Source: Methanotrichaceae archaeon (lineage in GTDB: Archaea; Halobacteriota; Methanosarcinia; Methanotrichales; Methanotrichaceae). From it: 64,000 bases of DNA. The notes beneath the pieces are model-generated. The model did no database searches, was not told the origin of the DNA, and saw nothing but the letters and a program-made list of their open reading frames with translations. Shown in pieces: positions 11,462-19,810 of the stretch. Positions within the stretch are counted from its first letter, which is position 1. Every line of letters begins with the position of its first letter. The position numbers were made by a program, and so were the translations under genes. The stretch lies in the NCBI GenBank assembly GCA_963813075.1, contig CAWEXU010000005.1, forward strand, positions 128,001-192,000. Direction: 5' to 3'.

Positions 11462-14314
11462 TTGCTTGAAAGTTATTCCGCAAAAGAAGTCGAGGCCAAG
11501 TGGCAGAAGACCTGGGAGGAGAAGAAGGTCTATGAGCCGGAGCCCGATGAGCGCCAGAAGTTTCTCTTGACCATACCCTATCCCTATTTGAATGGAAATC
11601 TGCATGCCGGCCACACCCGCACCTTCACCATAGGAGACGCATATGCCCGCTACAAGAGGATGAGGGGCTACAATGTCCTCTTCCCCATGGGCTTTCATGC
11701 CACGGGAACGCCCATCGTGGGTCTCTCAGAGCTCATCGCCAATAAGGATCCTCTCATCTGGGGGGTCTACACCCGGCTGCATGGCATTCCGGAGGAGGAG
11801 CTGGCCGGCCTGAATACGCCGGAGAAGATAGTGCTCTACTTCCGCCGCCAGGCCAAAGCGGCAATGCAGTCCATCGGCTACTCCATAGACTGGAGGCGGG
11901 AGTTCACCACCACCGATCCTGCTTACAGCAAGTTCATCGAGTGGCAGTACGGCATACTGCGCAATCTTGATTATGTGGTCAAGGGCAGCCATCCGGTGCG
12001 CTGGTGCCCGCATGACCGGAATCCGGTGGAGGACCACGACATCCTCAAGGGCGAGGATGCCACCATCATGGACTTCGCCCTGATCAAGTTCAGGATGGGA
12101 GATACCGTTCTGCCCTGTGCCACCCTGAGGCCGGAGACCGTATTCGGAGTGACCAACCTCTGGCTGAACCCGGATGTAACCTATGTCGTAGCCAGGGTGA
12201 ACGACGAGAGCTGGATCGTCTCCAAAGAGGCTTACGAGAAGCTGACCTATACCGACCGAACTGTGGCCTGGGGGGCGGAGATTCCCGGCAGTGAGCTTAT
12301 TGGCAAGAGGGTGACAAATCCCCTCACCGGAACGGAGGTTCTCGTTCTGCCCGCCGGGTTCGTGGACCCGGACAACGGCTCAGGGATTGTGATGTCCGTT
12401 CCTGCCCATGCCCCTTACGATTATCTGGCTCTGAAGGATCTTTATGACAAAGACCTGAGCCAGTATGGCATCAAGGAGGACCTGAGAAAAATCCAGTTCA
12501 TATCCCTGATCGAGTCGCCGGGCTACGGGGAGTTCCCGGCGGTGGAGGCAGTAAAGGAGCTGGGCGTCCGGGATCAGAACGACCCCAAAGCGGAGGATGC
12601 GACCAAGATGGTCTACCGCCGCGAGTTCCATAACGGAGTTTTAAAGCCCAACACCGGCCGCTACGCGGGCGTGGCGGTGAGCAAGATCAAGGACCTCCTG
12701 CTGGGGGATCTGATCGACCGGGGGATAGCCGAGATCTTCTATGAGTTCTCCCAGACCCCGGTGATCTGCCGCTGCGGCACCAGGTGTGTTATCATGATGG
12801 TGCGGGACCAGTGGTTCTTGGAGTACTCCAATCCCGCCTGGAAGGGCAGAGTTCTGTGGTGCCTGTCCAGGATGAACATAGTGCCGCCGGAGTTCCGGGT
12901 GGAGTTCGAGAACAAGATCGACTGGCTGAAGGACAAGGCCTGCGCCAGGCGGAAGGGTCTGGGAACTCACCTCCCCTGGGATAAGGAGTGGCTGATTGAG
13001 TCCCTGGGAGACTCGACCATTTACATGGCCTACTACATCCTGGCCAAGTATGTGAATGCGGGGATGAAGATCGACAACCTGCCCCCGGAGTTTTTCGAGT
13101 ACATCTTCATGGACAACGGAGATGCCGCAGCGGTAGCGAACCTGACCGGCCTGCCTTGTCAGACGGTGCAGCAGATTCACGACGACTTCGCCTACTGGTA
13201 TCCCGTAGACTTGAGGACATCGGGCAAGGATCTGGTGGCCAACCACCTGCTCTTCTTCCTCTACCATCATGTGGCCATATTCCCGGAGCAGCTCTGGCCC
13301 AAATCCATTGCTGTAAACGGTTTTGTCTCTCTGGAGGGGCAGAAGATGTCCAAGTCCAAGGGACCGCTCCTCACGCTTCGCCAGGCAGTGGCCGAGAACG
13401 GGGCAGATGTGACCAGACTATACATTCTGGGCAATGCCGAGGGGACGGCGGATGTGGACTGGAGAAATGATGGGGTTGAGGCCACCCATGCTCATCTGGA
13501 CCGGTTCTACCATCTGGCGCGGGAGATAATGGCCGATGGAAGCCTTGACGAGAATGCGGAAAAGACGCTCATCGACCGCTGGATGCTCTCCCGGCTGCAG
13601 AGGCGCATTGTCCAGGCCACCGAGGCCATGGAGGAGATTCAGACCCGCAGGGCACTGCAGAGTGCCTTTTACCTGCTGATGGGAGACCTGCGCTGGTATC
13701 AGCGCCGGGGAGGGAAAAACCAGCTCCGTGCAGTGCTGTCGGCCTGGGTGAGGATGATGTCGCCTTTCATCCCCCATATCTGCGAGGAGCTCTGGGCGAC
13801 AGGCCTTGGCCAGGGATATGCCTCTTTGGCCGAGTGGCCGGTGGCAGATGAGTCCCTGATCGACCTGAAGGCGGAGAAGGCGGAGGACCTCCTGGAGAGG
13901 ACGCTAAACGATGTGCAGGAGATCGTCAATGTCACCAAAGCCACTCCGGCCAAGATCACCCTTTACACCACTCCTCAGTGGAAGAAGGAGATGCTGCGCC
14001 TTGCCGTGGCCGCTGCAGCGGGAGGAAAGCTGGACATGGGAGCGCTGATGAAGGAGGCCATGGCCAATCCGGCGATAGCCGAGCACAAGAAGGATGCTCC
14101 CAAGTATGCCCAAAAGCTGGCCAAGGCGGCCCACTCGCTCTCGGCAGAGGCGCTGGGGCTGGACGAGTACGAGACCCTGACAAGAGAGAAGGAGTATCTG
14201 GCTGCAGCCCTGGGCGTGCCGGTGGAGATCTTTTCGGCTGAGGAGCCGGGAGCGGACCCCAAGGGCAAGAGCCGTCAAGCGGAGCCGGGGAGGCCGGCGA
14301 TATATATTGAGTGA
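11462..14314 (+). CDS. leuS: Leucyl-tRNA synthetase (archaeal type)
   Basis: PYPYLNGNLHAGH (HIGH-like), ATLRPET, KMSKS, C-terminal AEPGRPAIYIE. Confidence 0.97.
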   Translation: MLESYSAKEVEAKWQKTWEEKKVYEPEPDERQKFLLTIPYPYLNGNLHAGHTRTFTIGDAYARYKRMRGYNVLFPMGFHATGTPIVGLSELIANKDPLIWGVYTRLHGIPEEELAGLNTPEKIVLYFRRQAKAAMQSIGYSIDWRREFTTTDPAYSKFIEWQYGILRNLDYVVKGSHPVRWCPHDRNPVEDHDILKGEDATIMDFALIKFRMGDTVLPCATLRPETVFGVTNLWLNPDVTYVVARVNDESWIVSKEAYEKLTYTDRTVAWGAEIPGSELIGKRVTNPLTGTEVLVLPAGFVDPDNGSGIVMSVPAHAPYDYLALKDLYDKDLSQYGIKEDLRKIQFISLIESPGYGEFPAVEAVKELGVRDQNDPKAEDATKMVYRREFHNGVLKPNTGRYAGVAVSKIKDLLLGDLIDRGIAEIFYEFSQTPVICRCGTRCVIMMVRDQWFLEYSNPAWKGRVLWCLSRMNIVPPEFRVEFENKIDWLKDKACARRKGLGTHLPWDKEWLIESLGDSTIYMAYYILAKYVNAGMKIDNLPPEFFEYIFMDNGDAAAVANLTGLPCQTVQQIHDDFAYWYPVDLRTSGKDLVANHLLFFLYHHVAIFPEQLWPKSIAVNGFVSLEGQKMSKSKGPLLTLRQAVAENGADVTRLYILGNAEGTADVDWRNDGVEATHAHLDRFYHLAREIMADGSLDENAEKTLIDRWMLSRLQRRIVQATEAMEEIQTRRALQSAFYLLMGDLRWYQRRGGKNQLRAVLSAWVRMMSPFIPHICEELWATGLGQGYASLAEWPVADESLIDLKAEKAEDLLERTLNDVQEIVNVTKATPAKITLYTTPQWKKEMLRLAVAAAAGGKLDMGALMKEAMANPAIAEHKKDAPKYAQKLAKAAHSLSAEALGLDEYETLTREKEYLAAALGVPVEIFSAEEPGADPKGKSRQAEPGRPAIYIE

Positions 14315-14775
14315 AGCCTCCTGTTCTTTTTTCTCAACGGAGATATCAAAGGAGTCCGCTTATCCACCTTTTCAATTGGTCTGCAGCTTGGTCGCCGTCG
14401 CTCAGCCTGCCAGGGCCATAAGCCTCGCACCGACCATTACGCTGGAGGCCTGCAGGCCGACTCGCGGCAATCCGGAAGATTGCTGGGATCCTTTCCCAGC
14501 TTGCATCTACGAAGTCCAGTCTGCAGTTAAATGACATTATCATATCTTATTACTAAGAGCAAGAGATCTAACAACTTCTTCCGGGGTTCCGCGCGGTGTT
14601 ACGCGCTGGTGTAACGGGGGTCCACTCCAGGCCGTGGCGGCCCCCCTGACCCCGCGTCCGCGGGGAACAATCAATGAAGCTATGCCCTTTAGGTTTGGAC
14701 GTTTTTGAGAAGGTCCTGGGCAGAGTGCCTATTCGAACAGCCCACATCCCATTATTGATGGAGAACGAACTATAT

Positions 14776-14943
14776 GGTTCTTCGCTGTTTTCCATGGGTA
14801 ATCCAGGGCCACCATCTCTCTCTCGTCTTTGTGCCTTTGTGCCTCTGTGGTGAAATCGTGATGCTTTGGCCTCACCACAAAGGAACAAAGGCACGAAGAA
14901 AAATTCTCTGCAATACATCACCCACACAATTTAGCGAAGAGCC
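14776..14943. mobile_element. 168-bp MITE with imperfect terminal inverted repeats and 8-bp target-site duplication
   Basis: Ends GGTTCTTCGCTG and TAGCGAAGAGCC (10/12 inverted match); AACTATAT at both 14768-14775 and 14944-14951; long internal hairpin. Confidence 0.8.
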
Positions 14944-15029
14944 AACTATATGCTCTGACATCATAGACTCGATTTACATGCGTAAGCACGCCCGTGTCCT
15001 TCAGAATTAATATTAGGGCCTTTGAAAGC

Positions 15030-15144
15030 AAGCATGTCATGTGGTTGCAGCACTATGCAAAGATCGAGTGAAGATCGTCACAGTCTATTGGCCTGATGAC
15101 GAAACGAAGTGTGGTTGAATTCGAGAAAGAGGAGATGCAAATGA
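15030..15144 (+). pseudogene. 3' remnant of a DUF4258-type toxin gene
   Basis: Reads CHVVAALCKDRVKIVTVYWPDD...WLNSRKRRCK directly before a YgiT gene; no N-terminus. Confidence 0.55.
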
Positions 15145-15413
15145 GGTCTGTTGCCCACGATTGCTGCTGCGGAACAGGCAAGATGCATGAGGGCAGGCAT
15201 GATTTCATGGCCAGAGTAGAGGATGAGATCATTGTCATCAAGGATGTCCCGGCCCTGGTCTGCGATACCTGCGGCGAGATCGAATACACTCTGGAAGTAT
15301 CAAGAGAAATCGACCAGATGATGAAGGAATTCTTTGCTGGACGACTGCAAGGCCGGCCCCTGGCGGCGAAGGAGGTAGTATTCAAGCCACAGGGCACGGA
15401 TTCGATTGCGTGA
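15141..15413 (+). CDS. YgiT/MqsA-type zinc-finger protein (putative antitoxin)
   Basis: IIVIKDVPALVCDTCGE motif. Confidence 0.8.
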   Translation: MRSVAHDCCCGTGKMHEGRHDFMARVEDEIIVIKDVPALVCDTCGEIEYTLEVSREIDQMMKEFFAGRLQGRPLAAKEVVFKPQGTDSIA

Positions 15414-15509
15414 GCGTCTTCTGCTTAACCAACTACGCACGAGCGAGCAGACCAGGCTGCGGCTGTGGGCGTGCTAGTTGAGGTCTGCTCGTGCGGACAA
15501 GGCTGGGGA

Positions 15510-15566
15510 GGACCCCAAGGGCAAGAGCAAGCAAGTGGAGCCGGGGAGGCCGGCTATCTCTATTGA
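15510..15566 (+). repeat. Diverged direct repeat of the leuS 3' end (14254-14310)
   Basis: 50 of 57 nt identical by manual alignment; encodes DPKGKSKQVEPGRPAISIE versus DPKGKSRQAEPGRPAIYIE. Confidence 0.9.
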
Positions 15567-15752
15567 AAATAATCCTGCAAACCCCGGTTAATCTTTAATC
15601 TGTTTTAAAATTTGGATTATAGACAACTCAATGTTGGATCCCGATATGACATTTGACCTCATTCTAATCATATCTAATAGCAACAATCTGAAGCCCGTTT
15701 GGCTCTTCAGGCTCGAAGCCTTAATCTATTCAAGAGACTAATTATATCTCAA

Positions 15753-16043
15753 ATGCATCTTAACGACCTCCTGAAATCAAGGCGCGATGAGATTCTCCGG
15801 ATCGCTGCCAAGCACGGTGCTCACAACGTACGTGTATTCGGCTCTGTGGCCCGAGGTGAAGCCGACTCTCAAAGTGATATAGATCTGCTTGTGGAATTCA
15901 GACGTGGTACGACTCTGCTGACGCATGCAGATCTAATTCATGAGCTGGAGGAGCTTCTGGGTGTCAAGGTCGATGTGGTGAGCGACCGCGGCTTGCGAGA
16001 GCGTGTCCGGGATCGCGTTCTGAACGAGGCGGTAGCGCTTTGA
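15753..16043 (+). CDS. Minimal nucleotidyltransferase (MNT/MntA antitoxin)
   Basis: VFGSVARGEADSQSDIDLLVEF...LEELLGVKVDVV. Confidence 0.92.
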   Translation: MHLNDLLKSRRDEILRIAAKHGAHNVRVFGSVARGEADSQSDIDLLVEFRRGTTLLTHADLIHELEELLGVKVDVVSDRGLRERVRDRVLNEAVAL

Positions 16044-16096
16044 GAGACGATCTCGCATGGCTTTTGGATATCGAGGAGGCTTTGCTGAAAATTTAA
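16040..16096 (+). pseudogene. Truncated HEPN (DUF86/HepT-like) toxin, 18 codons only
   Basis: Overlaps the MNT stop; MRDDLAWLLDIEEALLKI* resembles a DUF86 N-terminus. Confidence 0.65.
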
Positions 16097-16460
16097 TTGG
16101 AGACTATTGGATTATGCATCTTTTTCGCTAGCGATTTCCCTGCTGGCCACTCAGGCCTAACCAGTCTCTTTCTTCCTTGCCTGAGCCCCTACCAGGCAAT
16201 CCAGCCCGCCCTGACGACAACGCCGCATCCCCGGCCGGCCCAGACCATAAGCGGCCATGAGAGCAGACCGGGGCACTGGCAGCAATCCGCGGTCAATGGG
16301 CTGCCCGGCGCTGCCGTCAGCGGCCTGCAAGGATCGCAAAAGCTGGAGAACTGCTTTGGATCACAAAAGCCTGCCAGAACGGCCCTGACCCACGGGCTGC
16401 GGCCATGAGAGCAGACAGACTGAGGCGACAGAAGCCCGTGTTTCGACTGTCTTAGAAAGA

Positions 16461-16709
16461 CTAAGCCACCTGATATGTAACTCCTATTGCCCGAAACTCT
16501 CCCGTCTCCTGGCGTTCCAGCTTGGCTCTGATCTGTTCGAATCTCCTCACAACTTCCTCAGAATAAAGCCTCTCTCCGCAGCGAAGGCAAACCTCAGCGC
16601 AAACCTTCACAACGGCAGTATTGACGCCTCCCCGCAAGACCTTCTCAACTTCATTCTCTACCAGATCGCCACCGCAGACCGGGCATTTTTCAAAGGGCAT
16701 GCTACTCAT
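16461..16709 (-). CDS. YgiT-type zinc-finger protein
   Basis: CPVCGG...EVCLRCGERLYS. Confidence 0.85.
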   Translation of the reverse strand: MSSMPFEKCPVCGGDLVENEVEKVLRGGVNTAVVKVCAEVCLRCGERLYSEEVVRRFEQIRAKLERQETGEFRAIGVTYQVA

Positions 16710-16812
16710 CTCGTCGAACTTCAGCCGGTCATCATTGGCTTCTTCATGAGGCATGATCGTTTATTCTGACATGATCTATTTGAATGGCTTCTACTATGTC
16801 GGCTATCTTCAC
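16710..16812 (-). pseudogene. 5' remnant of a DUF4258-type toxin gene
   Basis: MKIADIVEAIQIDHVRINDHA/EEANDDRLKFDE with a frameshift; the rest is missing. Confidence 0.55.
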
Positions 16813-17140
16813 CCGGCCACTTCTAACCACAAATTAATAAATTCCTATTATGATTATTAAAGTTTATGTCAGCTAGGTTTGGGGTTCTACACTGCTCTTT
16901 CCGCATTACCGATATCACTGGGACCCGGGACTGCCTGAATGGCCGAGCCGGTATTGGCATCCATGCACTTATCCGCTGCAGCTTTGCATTTCTACCGCCT
17001 CAATCAATAGCCTGCACGGAGTGGGACGCCCACCCGCGAGAGCGCGCGTGCACGTGCACGGGGGCCCGCCCGGGCGGAAGGCCCGAGAGCGAGTGCAAAG
17101 ATGCGAAAGGCTTTATCTGATCGCCGAGGATATTATTGAG

Positions 17141-17388
17141 GTGTTCGCAGAATACATCCAGGCAGCAAGGGATCTGGCCACCTACGAGATCATCGATGAC
17201 CTTGAACCCTTTTATGGCCAAGCTTCAGGGCCTTTGGGCAACCGGCAAGACCCTGGAGGAATGCCCAAGGGAGCTCGCAAGAAGTCATCGAGGGCTGGAT
17301 TGCCTTGAAGCTGAGACTTGGCCATCCCATACCCGCCATCATCGGGCTTTCTATCAATGCATCAGCGGAGCTGTTGTCCATTGTCGAA
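17141..17388 (+). pseudogene. Frameshifted HicB paralog of 18399-18656; hicA partner absent
   Basis: Near-identical to the 18399 gene but about 8 nt shorter after TTTTATGGC. Confidence 0.8.
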
Positions 17389-17414
17389 AATGGCCGGGTA
17401 AATGGATTCTTGCC

Positions 17415-17630
17415 TTATATGCTCACTTCTAGGGAGGCCGCAGTTGTAGTCGGCTCGGGAATGGTTAGAGACTGAGCTTTTAGCCCTTCCAGATGAAACT
17501 CAATTGCCTCTTTCATCAGCTCTAAAGTCTCCTTTCTCGTTGCCCCAGTGGCTATGACGCCTGGCAAATCAGGACAATATGCAGCGTAATTGCTCTTGGC
17601 CTTTTCAATGATGATCAGATACTCGGTCAT
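17415..17630 (-). CDS. HicB-family antitoxin
   Basis: YAAYCPDLPGVIATGATRKETLELMKEAIEFHLEGL. Confidence 0.9.
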   Translation of the reverse strand: MTEYLIIIEKAKSNYAAYCPDLPGVIATGATRKETLELMKEAIEFHLEGLKAQSLTIPEPTTTAASLEVSI

Positions 17631-17702
17631 CTTTCCCCCCTCTCCTTAAAGCGCTATGCTTTAATATGCTATTTATGGTGCCCTTGATCGATTTCCTTGA
17701 AT
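17631..17702 (-). pseudogene. C-terminal stub of a HicA toxin
   Basis: KGTINSILKHSAL directly upstream of hicB. Confidence 0.5.
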
Positions 17703-17738
17703 TCTACACAGGGTGACGATGCCTAGCGCATGCCTGGC

Positions 17739-17987
17739 TTATAATCTTTCAAGCAACTCCATTAATGAATCCTTTGAAATCACATTGCGAATGGAAATAT
17801 CGGATAAAATATCGTTTAGGGTGCCCTTCGCAATCTCATCGTGCATCGGGACTGTGATATTATGGTCCCCTGCAGGGGTTTTCTTCCTCAGCCTGACGTG
17901 ACTTCCCCTTTGACGGATCGTTTCATACCCCAACTTCCCCAGCACACGGATAAGCTGTTCTCCGCTAACAACCGGAAGCTTTCGCAA
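17739..17987 (-). CDS. HicA-family mRNA interferase toxin
   Basis: KLPVVSGEQLIRVLGKLGYETIRQRGSHVRL...ITVPMHDEIAKGTLNDIL. Confidence 0.9.
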   Translation of the reverse strand: MRKLPVVSGEQLIRVLGKLGYETIRQRGSHVRLRKKTPAGDHNITVPMHDEIAKGTLNDILSDISIRNVISKDSLMELLERL

Positions 17988-18189
17988 CAGGATGCACCTC
18001 GAACTCAGAAATTGATAGGACCCGGATCTCCTCGCCTGCCTCCAGGACATCTTCAAAATGCAGACTGATTGCCTCTTTTACATTGTCCATCAGCTCATCC
18101 AGGCTCTTGCCTTGGGTAAATATGCTGATGCCTATTCCACGAGCACACCAATTCTCTCCGTCAAAATACACTTCAAATTTCACAAGCAT
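17965..18189 (-). CDS. Short HicB-like antitoxin
   Basis: WCARGIGISIFTQGKSLDELMDNVKEAISLHFE; overlaps hicA. Confidence 0.8.
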   Translation of the reverse strand: MLVKFEVYFDGENWCARGIGISIFTQGKSLDELMDNVKEAISLHFEDVLEAGEEIRVLSISEFEVHPVAKASGC

Positions 18190-18398
18190 CAGATCACCGC
18201 TTTTTATAGTGATTATCCGCTTTATATTTCTAGATTCCCTCCGGGCATAGGTTAGCGCCCAAATGCGGACCAGCACAAATGTCAGTCGCCCACCCGCAAG
18301 CGCGCGTGCACGTGCACGGGGTCCGGACTGGCCCTCGGTCCAAGAGCAAATGAATAAGATGCGAAAGGCTTTATCTGATCGCTGAGGATATTATTGCG

Positions 18399-18656
18399 AT
18401 GTTCGCAGAATACATCCAGGCAGCAATGGACCAGGCCACCTACGAGATCATCGATGACCCTGAGCCCTTTTATGGCGAGGTTCCCGAGCTGCAAGGCGTA
18501 TGGGCCACTGGCAAAACCCTGGAAGAATGCCGCAGGGAGCTGCAAGAAGTCATCGAGGGCTGGATTGCCTTGAAGCTGAGATTTGGTCATCCCATACCCG
18601 TCATCGGCGGGCATTCGATCAATGCATCAGCGGAGCCGGTATCCATTGTCGAATAA
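18399..18656 (+). CDS. HicB-family antitoxin
   Basis: FYGEVPELQGVWATGKTLEECRRELQEVIEGWI. Confidence 0.9.
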   Translation: MFAEYIQAAMDQATYEIIDDPEPFYGEVPELQGVWATGKTLEECRRELQEVIEGWIALKLRFGHPIPVIGGHSINASAEPVSIVE

Positions 18657-18867
18657 GCTTTTGCCGGTCTCAAGAAGAGAGCTAATCCGGCGGTTGGGCA
18701 AATTGGGATTCGTGGGTCCTTTTCCTGGTGCTGGTCACGAGTATATGTCAAGGGGCCTTTTAGAGGTACACATTCCGAATCCTCATGGAAGCGATATCAG
18801 TACTGCTCTCCTACAAAAGATCCTGAAGAGAGCTGGAATAAGCAGAGAGGAATGGTTTGATAGCTGA
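18646..18867 (+). CDS. HicA-family toxin
   Basis: RELIRRLGKLGFVGPFPGAGHEYM...IPNPHGSDISTALLQKILKRAGIS. Confidence 0.88.
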   Translation: MSNKLLPVSRRELIRRLGKLGFVGPFPGAGHEYMSRGLLEVHIPNPHGSDISTALLQKILKRAGISREEWFDS

Positions 18868-18896
18868 GCGCTTCTCAGATTCAAAAAGAGGATTGC

Positions 18897-19124
18897 ATGA
18901 GATGCGTAATCTGCAGGAAAGCAACTACAAAGCCAGGCACAACCACAATCACATTAGAGCGTGGCTGCCTGACCATGGTGGTGAAATGTGTGCCTGCTTT
19001 AGTCTGTCCCAATTGCGGTGAAGCATATCTCGATGAGGACGTCACTGCTAAATTATATACTCAAAGATGCACAAGAGCGAGCAAATGCTGGCGCTCAAGT
19101 TGAGATTCGACAGTACGTAGCGGC
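18897..19124 (+). pseudogene. YgiT-type zinc-finger gene, frameshifted near 19054 and interrupted in its last codon by an IS605-type element
   Basis: MRCVIC...VPALVCPNCGEAYLDE; shifted frame continues KDAQERANAGAQVEIRQYVAA. Confidence 0.8.
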
Positions 19125-19511
19125 GTCAACTACCGCGTCCTGAAGGGCGTGGCTTGCCTCTACGCAAAAAGTCGCGAGGCGCAAGGGTGGCTGACTCTTC
19201 ATGCTGACTACACTGTGGCACGATAATGTTGTGCTGGCACCCCAGGCACGGGAAGAGGCTTCATCTGTCAGCAATCCACCAGATTCCTTGCGGAATCTCG
19301 TGCTTCCGATGCCGTGTCTGTTCGATTTGCTGGTACGAGTCAGTTAAGCCGTGTGTCTGTTCCTCGTCAAAACGAGGGGAAGTGCCCAACCATATCGAAT
19401 GGTCTGACTCTAGCAATAGACAACAGGAGACAGATTTGTGAGCATAAATAACTTACGGGAGTCGCCCAATTAATCCCCACCCTGAAGGATGGGGACTCCT
19501 TGGGCAACAAG
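19125..19511 (-). mobile_element. Non-autonomous IS200/IS605-family element (387 bp) with both subterminal hairpins
   Basis: Minus strand: flank TCAA, then left end ...GAGT-CCCCATCC-TTCA-GGGTGGGG; right end CAAG-CCACGCCC-TTCA-GGACGCGG-TAGT-TGAC. No target duplication. Removing it restores GCG GCT TGA of the host gene. Confidence 0.85.
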
Positions 19512-19810
19512 TTGAGATATTCCTGACGTCAGTGGCTGCCGCATGTAGACCGCGATCAGTCGGAATACTCCCATACGACCCACCGGGATTGCCCCGCATG
19601 AAGGTGCACTTCCGGAGCCAGAGCGATGGCCCGCATGGATGTGAAGCTTCCTCATGCGAGGGCAAAAACCGCGCTTCGCCCTCTTTTCCGATTCCAGAGC
19701 GCTTTGCGAGAAAAAAATCGATTTCTGCAATCGAAAAAGCTTAAGAGCGATTAGAGCGGAATATTGATCATGATAAATAATGCAAAATCCGTTCTAAATG
19801 GAGTTCCGCC

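Noticed and set aside
10913..11698. 261-aa minus-strand ORF and similar long antisense ORFs over cdc48, leuS, ths, dph5 and arg genes
   Set aside because: Expected antisense shadows in GC-rich, codon-biased genes.
14307..14760. Short ORFs directly after leuS
   Set aside because: No recognisable motifs; they overlap structured non-coding DNA and the MITE flank.
19200..19450. Residual TnpA/TnpB/IscB coding sequence inside the IS605-type element
   Set aside because: Only a weak FPCLGC stretch on the minus strand; no HUH, RuvC or HNH motif and no long ORF.
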